64,000 bases of DNA from Octopus sinensis (Eukaryota): NCBI RefSeq assembly GCF_006345805.1, contig NC_042997.1, positions 56,420,001 to 56,484,000 of the forward strand. The letters are read 5' to 3'. The notes beneath the pieces were generated by a model. The model saw only the letters and a list, made by a program, of their open reading frames with translations. It had not been told where the DNA came from and ran no database searches. Each line of letters starts with the position of its first letter. The stretch's first letter is position 1. The translations under genes and the position numbers were made by a program. This document shows, in pieces, positions 42,570 to 56,700 of the stretch.

Positions 42570-44111
42570 ATATATATATATATCAGGTTTCACCCTGTGT
42601 ATCAAGCCCAGCTATAATCCATTTTAGTTATTTCTTTTGTACTTTATGGTACCACACCTATTTTTAAAACACATTAACTTTCACTGCTTCTTCACATTTT
42701 ACTTCTTTTATTATTATTGCTATTGTTGAATATTTGCATTCAGTCTTAGAATATTTTCATTACACCCAGCAACCTTGTCATACAAGTATTAGATTCAACA
42801 GTCTTTGTAAGGGTTCATTCTTATTTATATAGTGCGATACATTGTCAATCATGTTTTAAACATACTCATTGTGAGGAAGCAATGAAAATGTTTAAAGTAT
42901 AGGTGGTGCCTGTTAGAATACAAAGCAAAAAAAAATAAATGAAATGGAAATGGAGCCAGTCACCATAAAAGCAAATTATGAAAACTGATAAATGAGAAGA
43001 TCATAAGCCTTGCTAGATAAAAGCAACAAACGTTGTAGAAAAGATCAACTTTTCAAAAGAACAAACAAGATCAAGCAGAAATATATAAACTTTTCCTAAA
43101 TTAGAAATGCTCTCTCCCTCTCTCTCAGGTTGAAAGGCAGATTGTTTGATGCCTATGTGCGAACAGCTATGCTGCATGGTAGTGAAACAGGGGCTGTGAC
43201 AGCTGAGGACATGCATAGGCTTAAAAGAAATGAAACCAGTATGCTTTGCTGGATGTGCAATGTCAGTGTGCATGTTTGACAGAGTGTAAGCATCTTAAGA
43301 GAAAAGTTAGGTATAAGAGGCATCAGATGTAGTGTGCCAGAGAGGCGACTGCATTTGTATAGTCATGTGATGCATATGGACAAGGAGATCTGTGTAAAGA
43401 AGTGCCGATCTCTAACTGTGGAGGGAGGTAGACTCAGAAAGACATGGAATGAGGTGGTGAAGCATGATCTTCAAACTTTGAGCCTCACAGGGGCAATGAC
43501 TAGTGACTGAGACCTTTGGCAATGTGCTGTGTTTGAGAGGACCCGTCAAACCAAGTGAAGTCATAGTTGTGGTAACTGGCACCCGTGCTGGTGGAATGTG
43601 AAGAACACCTTTCGAGCATTGGGCCTCATGGAGGCAAAGTGGCTGAGTTCCTTTTGAGTGTTGGGCCACATGGAAGCAATGACCAAGACCTTTGGCATTA
43701 TGTCGTGCATGAGAAGACCCATCAAGCAGAGCAAAATTACAGTTGTAGCAGATACCAGTGTTACGTAAATGGCATCCATGCCAGTAGCACATAAAAGCAC
43801 CCTGGTGTCTCACAAATGGCACCCAAGCCAGTGGTATGTAAAAGCAACCATTACACTCTCAGAGTGGTTGGCATTTGTATATATTATTTTAGTATAAATG
43901 CAAAACAACACCCTGGAGGAATTGAATTAAGCCTAAATAATAAACAGCAATAGGTGACCCATGATATGGCAAGGGATTACTGTATATATATATATATATA
44001 TATAATATATATATATATATTATATATATATATATATATATATCTTTATAACATTTTATTTGCTAACTTAAAACACAGAACAATACAGATACACACACAC
44101 ACACACACACA

Positions 44112-44143
<32 letters not shown>

Positions 44144-45853
44144 GATGAATGCTAGCTGCAACAAACAGCTGCACTCATACATAAAGACAAAAAATACACT
44201 AATATGATTGGCAATGCAAACAGAAAGGAACTCTTTCAAAAAGACAAATGAATTTAGTACGCATATCACAAGGTGAAAGACAGGCAAATAGAATTTTCTG
44301 AGAATGAATGTAAAATATTCTGTTGTGTCTGGGGAGAGTCATTTTCTTTTTGTGCCGAAAATTTTAGGAAAATAAAAATAAGAAAAAAGAGGAAATTTTA
44401 CCGGTGAGTGTGTTATATTATAAGGCACAAAAAGAAAATGACTCTCCCCAGACACAACAGAATATGCTTCAACACACGAACTCACATAAAGAATCTTGCA
44501 AACCAAATCAAAAAACGGAATGTAAAATATTTTTTAATAAATTATTTTTACCTGCGTAGCTTCAAGATAAACTTAGGAAGGTACCATGGTTCTTTGGTAC
44601 CAAGGTTGTTGTGAGTAAGATGAAGACTCTGAAGCATTGGTAATTCATTCAAAACTTTTTCACTTGGTAACTTTTCTGTAAAGTAAGAATTAATTTCAAC
44701 AAGATATACATCATCATTATGACAATCATAATGTGTAGCAATGGTAATGGTGCTCCTGCTGCTGAACCACCATCACTGCCACCGTAACCACGGCTGCACA
44801 CCACTGCCACCTCCACTATTACCACACCACCACTGCCACTGCCTCTATCACAATAAAGATATGATCAATTTCTGCCCCTTTATTCACTACCACCAACAGC
44901 ATCAACACAGATAGCAGGTTGCTTAACCAGCTAAAAATAGTAGCCAAATTGCTTTCTAATCTTTACACTTAGCCATCTTACAAGGAGCAGGATATATTGG
45001 ATAATGGTAAATTTTAATGCAATAATTCCAAAAAGAGAGTCGACTTCGAGTGAATGGATATTAGATTAGATACTTCCTTGGTTATTCTTCTGCAATAATC
45101 CATAATATTCATATGTAAAATCCGTTATATTTTCTTGTATTCCAAATATAGTTCATAAACTATATTTGGATTAATGGATGAACTATATTTGGATTATGAA
45201 CTATATTTGGATTACCGGATAATATAATGAATTCTATACAAAAGTATTCTGGATTGCTACAGAGGAATTACCAAGAAGACATATATGAATGTCAAGATTC
45301 TCATACTAAAGTATATACAAATTTCACATTTCTAAACTAACTATATGAACTATATTTGGAATACAAGATAATATAATGGATTTTATATATGAATATTATG
45401 GAATATTGCAGAAGAATAACCAAGGAAGTATATATGGATTTAAAGACTCTCATCAAAAGCAGTAATTTTTAATTCATCTTTCAAACAAACACCATTTTAT
45501 AGTATTACTTCAAATTTAAAAAAAACAAACTATTATTCAATAATTTATACAGAATTCAAATTTTATATCTCTGAAGAGCAGAAGCGTTGTCTATAAATGC
45601 TTATCAATATAGGATTTCATTATAGGGACAACACTTCTGTGTAACAATCGTAAGATGCTTTAAATACTTAATTCAAAACTTTTAAACTGTCATATACATT
45701 ATATATTCATACTTATACATATTTACATATATTTTTATACATATTTATATTTATTTATATATTTTTAGTACAACAATTATTTTTCACATATGTATATCTT
45801 TCTGAGGAGTTTTGATATTGATTTCCTTATATTGATAATAATATACTATTAAA

Positions 45854-45934
<81 letters not shown>

Positions 45935-45956
45935 TACATACATACCTATATATGAG

Positions 45957-45988
<32 letters not shown>

Positions 45989-46148
45989 TATATGGTACAG
46001 GTATATATATGCATATATGGTACAGGACGTTTTTATTTTTCATTCCATTCAAAATTTTATCCCTAATAGTAGTTTGGAATTTAACTGTCCTCTCTAGCGT
46101 GCAGGTAGTCCTATGATGGATACCTCTTTTGTGTTTAAATGTACACTG

Positions 46149-46199
<51 letters not shown>

Positions 46200-47044
46200 T
46201 TTATATTATATTTATTTAATTGAATGTCACGCATCTATTTCCAAGTAAGCATATATATATTTATATATATATATATATTTATATATGCTTACATCACAGG
46301 GCTATAGGAGAAGACACTTGCCTAAGGTGCCACACAATGGGACTGAGCCTGAAAACCACGTGTTGAGATGCAAACATTTTAACCATGCAGCCACAACAAC
46401 ATTTCAAAAATTCTTCCTTTGTGTTTACTTGAGGAACATAGGCATATACAGGAGTATATATAATGAAACTAAAATAAATAACTAATGAGTAAAATTCTTC
46501 CTTTTAGAAATGCTTCAGGTAAATTGTAAAGAATAATCTTATTAGAAAACTCACCTAAATTATTTTCATTCATTTTAAAGATGGTCAATTTATTGCAACC
46601 AATAAAAAACAATTCAGGTATAGTGGTGATTTGATTGCCTGATAGATTCAGTTTTAAAAGCCTTCTTAATTGAAGCGGTTTGTTCTCAATCACAGTCATC
46701 TTCATGCTAAAAGAACAAAATCAGAAATAAACGTGTGTATTTTACTTTGAGAATTTGAAATTTCAGAGGAATTAGCAAGTGTGTATCATATCACTACAAA
46801 CTTATCCTTTTCTGAACTTATAAAAAAGAGACCAGTTTAAGAACCATTGACAGAGGTGGAGAAGACTGAGAGGCAGACAAGAGAACAAAGGAAGGAAATA
46901 GTCGTGCATTTGTTATGCAATGTTCAATATCACTTGATTCTGACAACCAGATTTATCTACATGAAGAATCTTCAATGCAAACAGCCCAAACTACTACTTA
47001 AAAAGTCACACTACAGCAGAAGACACTATCATTTATTCTCTCGT

Positions 47045-47083
<39 letters not shown>

Positions 47084-48500
47084 CTATCTTATCTACATAT
47101 AACCACAGAAGATGTCCAATTAAGTTACTGCATGAAAAGAACTTTCTGCTCTTACTTTATCATCCGTTATTGGATTGGTCATATTCAATACAATCTTTTA
47201 ACAATAAACACGATGAATAAAACAACTTCTCTCATCCAGTTCTCCAACTTCCCATTCATCTTATTTTTAAATTGGTGGCAACCCTTTTGCTGAGGTTAAA
47301 CTAAACTACTGTGAATCTGTCATAAAACATGATTTTAACATTTTTATTGCTAGATTGATTAGAGCTGTTGGTCATCCCTGAACTTGCAAGTTCTATGCTG
47401 CATACACACACACACACATACATACACACAATCATCCTCATCATTTAACATCTGTTGTCCATGCTGGCATGGATTGGACAGTTTAATCGGAGCTGGCAAG
47501 CTGGAGAGCTGCACCAGGTTCCAGTCTGATTTGGCATGGTTTCTACAGCTGGATGCCCTTCCTAATGCAATACTTTTACATAGCACTGCACAGGTACTTT
47601 TACGTGGCACAACATGGGTGCTTTAATATAGCACTGCACAGGTGCTTTTACGTGGCACCACTTGGGTGCTTTTACATGCCACTGCATGGGTGCTTTTTAT
47701 GTGGCACTAGCAAAGGGCTCTTGCAGATCAATCCTCCAGGGGGATTGGTTTTAACACTTCTGCTATGGAGTATAGGTCTTCTTGAGTAACCTAAACTTAT
47801 GTAATATCTCAATTTCTCTTCCTTTGATCATTGTCTTAGTTCTTACTTTTCTGATCCCATAATCTTTTTTTTCCCTAAAAATATCTCCTTTTGAACCTTC
47901 TTCAAACAAAAGTCTGCTTCTTAAGCTTTAACAAATTATATTTCCTGCACTAATTTCACTCAGTTACACCTACTGGCATATATTGTCTCTTGTTTTAAAA
48001 GTAACTAATAAAAAGGTCATACTTGGACAGGTTAAAATAGTTCTTACTTTTTGAGGTACAAATATTCTAATCCAGGAAAATGTTCTGTAAGCCAAGATGG
48101 AAACTGCTTTAGGGTATTTCCCGATAAGTTTAATTTCTTTAAACTAAATAAAACAGGAGAAGTTGCACAAGAAATGACTTCAAAGTCTTCAATCTGTGTT
48201 AAACAAAAAAAAAATGAAATAAAAAAGTGAAAGAAAAAAATATTTCATTATTAATTTTGTAGAAAACTTTCCACAATTGAGAGGAAAATTCAAACTGAAT
48301 ATACAAAATAATTTTTTTATGATGTTGAAACAAATACCACACCTTATTGTGTTTCATCTTTAGGGTTTCCAAATGGGAACAATTTAAAACAGTAGTTGGG
48401 AATTTTTGAAGATTATTATTGGACATGTCCAATTCCTTCAGTTCAGGCAGAAACTAAAGGAAAAAAAAAAAAAAAAAAAAAAAAAATAATAATGATAATA

Positions 48501-48543
<43 letters not shown>

Positions 48544-48548
48544 TAATA

Positions 48549-48597
<49 letters not shown>

Positions 48598-50732
48598 TAA
48601 TAATCATCATCATCATCATCATTTAGCGTCCGCTTTCCATGCTAGCGTGGGTTGGACGGTTCAACTGGGGTCTGTGAAGCCAGAAGGCTGCATCAGGCCC
48701 AGTCTGATCTGGCAGTGTTTCTACGGCTGGATGCCCTTCCTAACGCCAACCACTCCGTGAGTGTAGTGGCTGCTTTTTACGTGCCACCCGCACAGGTGCC
48801 AGACGGAGCTGACAAATGGCCACAGATGGATGGTGCTTTTTACGTGCCACCTGCACGGGGGCCAGGCAAGGCTGGCAACGGCCACGATCAGATGGTGCTT
48901 TTTACATGCCACCGGCACGGGGGCCGGGTGAGGCTGGCAGCGGCCACAAACGGATGGTGCTTTTTACGTGCCACCGGCATGGGGGCCAGGCGAGGCTGGC
49001 AACGGCCACGAACAGATGGTGCTTTTTATGTGCCACTGGCACGGAGGCCAGTCAGGGCGGCGCTGGCAACGGCCACAATCGGATGGTTTGCTTACTCGTC
49101 ACCGGCACTGTTATCACAGCTGCAATTTCCATTGATGTTGATCGACTTTGATTTTGGTTCTGCTTTCTGATATATGGTTTGATTTGGTTTGATTTTGATT
49201 TTTGATTTTCACTTGCCTCAACGGGTCTTCACAAGTGGAGTTTTGTGTCCCAAGAAGGAAAGGTATGTATAAGTCGACTGGCTACATACCAGGTAGAGGC
49301 CACGGGTTATGGTCTCACTAGTCTTGCCGGGTCTTTTCACGCACAGCATACTTCCATAGGTCTCGGTCTCTAGTCATTTCCTTAGTGAGACCTAAAGTTC
49401 GAAGGTCGTGCTTCACCACCTTGTCCCAGGTTTTCCTGGGTCTACCTCTTCCACAGGTTCCCTCAACCGCTAGGGTGTGGCACTTTTGCACACAACTATC
49501 TTCAGCCATTCTCGTCACATGACCATACCAGCGCAAACGTCTCTCTTGCACACCACAACTGATGCTTCTTATTGCTCATGTTTTTCACTACCCTCAATGA
49601 AATGTGAGAAGGAACCTTCTACCATTAGATTGTCCCAGCTGACAGAATGAAATGATTGTCTCAAAATATCCCAAGTGCTGGCTCATTCTTGGTATATTCC
49701 TGGCCACTGGAGAAGCATTCTCCACACTCACACACAATCATTGTCCAAAACAATCAACCAAAAATGAAATAAGAGAAAATAAGAAAAAATCTTACATTAA
49801 ACAAATCTTCTGAAATTGTGTCAAGCTGATTGTTAGAAACGTTAAGTTTCTGAAGAAACTGCAAACATTTTTGATGAACAGCATTTCTTAATGTTGTAGA
49901 GATAAAGTCCAAAATATTGTTGTCCGCAAGATTCAGTGTAAAATGCTTTTGATCAACATGGCTGTTCATTACAATTTTCTTACTTCTGATTATTAAACTT
50001 GGACATTTCCTTTCATGAAATGCTGAAAGAGTTAATAATATTGAATTGTCATAAACTTGATTTTTATTAGAATAAAATTTCAAAAAACAAGTACTTTCAA
50101 CTAATATAATCTTTTAACAAAAATATATTTTGAGAAAAAATACAATATTTTGATATATGGTTATCATCTTATTTAGTGTTAACCTTTGCTATAACTGCTA
50201 ATGTTACTATGACTTAAAATTTTGGCACAAGGCCAGCAAGTTCGAGAGTAGGTTGAGTCAATTACATCAACCCCAGCACTCATCTGGTACTCATTTTATC
50301 GACTCTGAAGGATGAAAGGCAAGTGTAAAGACAGACAAAATGCTGCTAAGCATTTTGTCCACTGTGCTAATGATTCAGCCAACATGTTACCTTACTATGA
50401 CTTAAAATTACAAAGCATAATTAAAACCAACATTGAAAGATCCTCAATGTGATTACTTGACTTGCTAGAAATAGAAGCTAAATGGCTCTCAAATGACACA
50501 TTGTCTAGAAAATGAAAGAACATAAGTAGAACAAATGAAGGCTACTCAGTAACAAAATTATCATCATTTTTTTTTAAATGTTAGATTTCATGCTAGCATA
50601 CAATGATTGAACTCCTTGACCTATGATTTTGTTTCTTTCCTTTTTATGATTTTTTGTAAGTCTGATTCAAAGTACTCTAACATTTGGTAGACGGAAATTG
50701 AAAGAAGCCCATCGTATATATGTATGTGTGTG

Positions 50733-50767
<35 letters not shown>

Positions 50768-53700
50768 ATATGTTTGTGTGTCTGTGTGTCTGTGTTTGTC
50801 CCCCCAACATCACTTGACAACCGATGTGAGAGGCAGGTCAAACATCAAAGGTACTTCATCCATATTTATGATATTTTCTGGCCCGATGGAATTCTCCACT
50901 ATCTTTGTTTGAGTGAATGTACGAAAGTTAACAAGTTTTTCTTCGTAGTTGGGAGGGAGCTGCTGACACAAAGTCGTGTGTGCCCTGACGGACAGGCCTT
51001 TTCTTCTCATAAATCTAAAACACCACAATGGCCCACCTCTAAAATCTTCGATTTTCATTTTAGTGGTGATTGTTTTAGCCTTCAGTCTGATCTGCACAGT
51101 GGAAACACCGCAGCTGCTTGCTCTCTGTGTGTTAACCCAGTCTTCAAGAAAGTTTTCAAGTTCAGGCCATCTGCTATGGTTACCTCTGAAAGCTTTCGTA
51201 GTACTTTTGTAATGACTCAGTTCTTCCTGCTGGCATCTCCACTGTCTCACCATCGATTCATTTATGCCAAGTTTATGTGCAGCAGCTCGATTTCCTTCTT
51301 CAACCGCCAAATTGATCACCTTCAACTTAAAAACTGCATCATATGCTTGTCTTTGAGTGTTTTCCATGTTGATGAGGGTGAATACAAATGACAGCTTTAC
51401 AATACTGGTAATTGAATTGTGAAAATACTCTTGATTTATTGCACAATTTCATTGGACCTCTGTGACCTACTCATCAATTTGATTGGTCTAATGTTGTGAG
51501 GCAAAATGTTTTATGTGGCATGACAAAAAAAAATATGCATTAGCTACACCATAGTATTGACTGCAATGTTCAAAGTGTGGGAAAAAAAGTAGCAGCTATA
51601 GCCCGGAATTTACAGTATGTATGTTTAAACATGTGTGTGTGTGCGTGCACACATGCATGTGTGTGTGTGTGTGTGTGTGCATAAAGGCAGGTAAGTAATA
51701 AGAGGTAAATATATAGGCAGATACATTTTAAAGAATAATTGAAAAACTGTTTGTTTGACCCAACAAAGTCTTAAACAAACCACAAAATTAATTTATTTTC
51801 TATCTTAAGGGAAATTTAATTTTTTAAAAATCACATACGTTTTTGAAAGTCATCTGAATTTGAGCAGTCTTCATCAGAGTGAAATTCCCTCTCTTTAACT
51901 GGAGAAATATTGTAGAACTGAAATTTTTTTCCTTCTAATATTGGAGAAGCTAAATTCTTTTTCTATAATGAAGAACAAAGAAATTAAGAAATGTTTAGTA
52001 CCAGTGGCAAATTTTTTCAGGTGAGTCTGTAGAACTCATCCTTTAACAGGCCATTGATGAAATCATAAATACAAAGAAGAAATATAAAATGGCTAAACCA
52101 GAAATCAAAATATCACTAGCAAGCTGAGAGATATCTACAATTCTTGAATACATGAGGGAAAAGTATAAGAAATATTTATGTATCTCATGAAATACAGAAG
52201 TGCTTTCCTTAGTAGAAAATGAATGAGTAGAAAATTGAAACTTTTGATAAATCCTACCTTTGATTTCAAATGGATTTCACAGTAAATAGCAGCATCCTCT
52301 GGAGCTAAACAACCTATTTCTGGTAGAGAAGTATCTGTTAAAAAACAACTTTTACGAAGCCATGGTTCTAGAAGAAAAAAAGTTTAAAGAATTAAAAATA
52401 AATAATATATTGAACTGAAAAAATATGAATAAAATTTTTCTTTAGAAAATTGGAGAAGACAATCAGTTAAAGTATGTTTATGTAAATCCATCAGTTACTG
52501 TTTTGCTTCTCCATGCTGTCACAGTCTACATCATCTTGCACATAAAGCAAAGAGAAGAAGCTGGCCAACTTTGGTGTGTAAATCTTACAGTATGGATGGC
52601 TGTGTTTTAATGGGTCATTAACATTAGCGAGATCTTTCCCATGTGGGAGGACTAAAGAGTCCCCTTCTACCCAGTATCAACTGTTATTTGGAGTAATTAG
52701 CTTCCTAGATGTGTGCTTTGCCAAGTCCATGTATTGTTTGTACATTCCATTTGCTACACACACACACACACTACAGCCACTGCTATTACCAGTATTAAAG
52801 TACAGCTGAGATGAGTGGAATGCATATTCAATGAATGTATATTCAATGCCTGACATCTCACAGTAGGCTTTATTCTGAGCTGCTGATGGAAGTTCAATGA
52901 CAGAAAAGACAAAAGAAGAGGTGCACTGAAATGGTACAAGGTAACTCAGATCCAATGGGAAGAACTGGTTAAAGATCATGTTACAATTTTTGTACACATT
53001 TTTACCCAGCTTTACCTTGAATATGATTTGTGTTCACATTCCTTACATTTTTAGTAAAACCTTTTCTATAATGTTTTACATTATACATATGGGTCTGTGT
53101 GGCTAATAATGAAGGAACCGTCGTCGTCGTCATCGTCGTCGCCACCGCTGCCGCCGCCGTCGTCGTCATCATCATTATTGATTTGACTCAGGTTTGGTCT
53201 TGTTCCTGGTAGGATTTATGTGGATAGCAGATTACTACCTGTAACCTAAGGTATCTACAAGCTTTCAATGGTCTTTCAAGTGCTTAGAATCCTGATAATC
53301 TTTCCTGTCCCTAAGAAGCAAACTTGCAGTAGAAGATCTACAGGACATTCTACTCCAATACCCTTCAACCAATTTGTCTTCATCAGTTGATGACTGGAGT
53401 TAATGTAATTGACTAGTCCATCTCCAAAATTTTCAGGCTTGTGTCCAGCCAGGCTCAAATGTTTCATCCCTCTACCAAGGACTAAGTACTAGGCATGTTT
53501 TAGGTTTGATTCAGTTGAATCTACTCCTCACAATTTGTAATCTTGTGCCAATGTAAGAAATATTTATGAGCTCAATCCCATCATTGAAGACAAGGAATCA
53601 TTTATTTCTTGTATAAATGTTTAATTCTTTTATGCCTTCATTTAACAATACTAAGCTTTCATATGAACACAAACTGCATCAAGTGACGAATGAGAATATA

Positions 53701-56700
53701 TAAAATTATAAAAGGAAACAGAATATATGTAAATACATCTGGAAAGTTACGACAATAAATCCATTGAAAAATTTCTGAAAAATTAATACAATCAATGAAA
53801 ATACATGACGCTTACCGTGAGATAATTGGCTGACATATAAACTGCTTTTGCCTCTACAATAACCAACAGTATAAAATCTTGGGTCGTTGATGTGAAAAGG
53901 ACTTGTCGACCCAGATAATGTTGTTCTTTTCCATTCTATGAAATGAATATCAGATCCATTGGATTCGTCAGCTACAAGTATAATTGTGGAAATAAATAAA
54001 TACATGAAAACAACAATAACAACAGATTTGGGAGGTGGTAACTGAAAGAAGTATCCTTTGTGTGTGTGTGTGTGTGTGCACGCATATGTGTGTGTGCACG
54101 CATATGTGTGTGTGTGAATGCGTGCACATGTGTGTGTGTGCGTGCATACATGTGCAACAGAGCACTAGGGTATTGAGAGAAAAATTATAAGATGAAATAT
54201 GTGGTATGATCAATAAGTATCTGGACTGTTGCTATAGTAACAAGCTAAAATACTCAGAGTGAAGCTGCTTGGCACAGATTGACCTTAATCTTTGTTGTGC
54301 ATGCACACTAAGTTTTAACATTCTAGCTTACTTCCTCTGTTTACAACTATTTTGGAAGGAAGGTGTGTAGTGTGTGATCATCTCATTGACCATGACAGAG
54401 AAAGATGAGCAGTTAATCCACATCAAATTTTGCCAAAAGTTTGGTGATACCTGCTTAGAGGCCTATGCAAAGTTTTCAAAAAGTTTTCATCATTCTCAAC
54501 ACAATCAAGGAGATTTTATGCAACTGAAACCCAAGTGTCTTTTTAGTCAGCTGAAAGCAGTTTTGACTCAAACTTGGCAGATACGCATTTCATACCCAAA
54601 TCTTCAGTGATAATGGTTAATAACATTTTACATGACAGAAAGAGTTTTCTGGCCTACTTACATGATGATGAAGAATAACTGCTACCAGAATCGTGAGCAA
54701 AATATCTGTTATAGGTGCCACATGATGGATTCTTCCCAGATTTGTGAATGGATTGGATTTTTCTAGCAAGCTTTTTACCCTTTCCTGAAACATAAATTTT
54801 TTATCAGTACCCATTATTCAGTTTGTTTCAATCATATATTTATACCTAGATTTTCACATATAAACAATTACATACATATCAATGACATCAATATCTGATT
54901 ATAAGACATGCTATAAATGATATAGGCTTCTGTTACTGTCTCTAACCTGGAGAAACAGTTATTACAAGATAATGACTTATTATTACAAAAATAATGAAAC
55001 TCTTGGTAGTAGTAAACCATGAAATGATACCTGTTCACAGCTAAGCAAACTAGACCAACATGAGTTCAGTGTCTTGGCTGCGAAAACTTTGCATAATAAT
55101 TGATAGGATATAAATCTTTGACTTTTCATTTGGTAGGCCAACCTCTCGATGAGACAGTAACTGAAGATTTCTTTTACATGCATATTTCCAAATGTATATT
55201 GGCTAACTATTCACTTTGTCGAGCCCATTGGCTCATAGATCCAATAGTTTTTCTCCATTATCTGCAGAATTAAGTATGTGAGAAAAATCCCACACACTTT
55301 ATTAAATTCTGGTTTATTACAGGTAAACTTCACACAAGAACTATCATTTTCTATATAGATAAACTCAAGGTAATATGTTTAGTTTTGAAACTCAATTTTC
55401 AGTCTAAGAGTATATTCAAGTTGAAGTATAATTAACTTTAATCTTCTAATGAAATTACTAGTATTTTTGTTATATATTTCTAATACGTATAAAAGCTCTG
55501 TCAACTTGAGTATTTGTGTAAACAAAAAAAAAATGATAGTTAGTTTTTCATTTATTTCAGCTCAAAATATAAACCAAGAAAAAAATAAAATTATTTTTCT
55601 CTTCAAAGTTTTTCTGAAATTCATTGTTTAATTACAATACATTTTCAAAATCTGGTAAATTCTTACATTTTATTCATATCCTAAATACTTTAGAATCCAT
55701 TTATATATGTTACCGGTTTTAATGACTAACTCAAAGGGATTTGCAGTAGTTGCTATTGAGAGATAGCAACTCGTAACAGCAAGTAGAAAAGTTTTAAGTT
55801 CTATTTCAATGTAAAATGATGTCTTCATAGTGTTACTCCCACTAATCTCTTTAAAATCCAATACATCAGTATTTTAAGTTCAACTAATGCTGACTTTGTT
55901 TTTTATCTTTGTGATCAATAACAAACTCCTGTTAGGTCAGTTTAATTGATTGTAACTCCCTCTCACCCCACCATATCTGCTATGAATTAAATTTAAAGCT
56001 GCTAAAATAAAGAATTTTTACCTGCTGAGGGATGTTTTATGTAATGATCACCTACAAATGTGGGGATCAACCAATCAAAATTGAAACTTCCTAGTCCAAG
56101 ACCATTCCACAATATTGCTCCATCTGAAAGAGATTAGATAAATGTTTTTGATAATTCAAGATTTAACACACTGAGTTCAATTCATTGAGTAAATTTTAAA
56201 TCCTTCAGAATTATTAGTATTATTTTGCAGACAAATGTCAATGAGGTGAGTGATAGAAAAATCAATGCTTAGTATTATTATCGATCTCAGTATTATTTAT
56301 TAAAGAACAGTAATTATAATTAGTAGAGCAGTATGTAAAATGTATAAAAAATGTTAAAAATTACTTACCTTGTTCTTGTTGTCCAATATATGACAATAGT
56401 ATTCCGACAATTGTATGATATTTATTTTCAATGGCTAATTTAAGGGGTGTTAAGATATCAGATACAGGCTGAAAAAAATTTTTTAAATAGATTAAATATA
56501 GCTCAAGAAAAAATTTCAAATTATGTTTTAAAGCACAAGAATTATGTTTTAAAACACATGATCTAAAATCATAAATAAAACTAAGAACAACAAGCTTTTA
56601 CAGAAAAAAATTCAAAATAATTTGAATGCAATTGTTTTAAGACCTAGGAATTAAGGATTTATAAGTAATGAAAATAATCTTGAATATTTATGTATAATGA

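Noticed and set aside
47580-47710. Short spaced repeats superficially like a CRISPR array
   Set aside because: Eukaryotic intron, no unique spacers or cas genes; these are RTE UTR repeats.
48652-49170. 172-aa repetitive ORF
   Set aside because: Antisense reading of the GC-rich RTE 3'UTR minisatellite.
50720-51391. 223-aa plus-strand ORF
   Set aside because: Antisense shadow of the pogo ORF that starts in a TA/TG microsatellite.
55031-55261. Exon-like segment bounded by ctgcag and caggta
   Set aside because: Stops in all three frames, and the exon chain is phase-complete without it.
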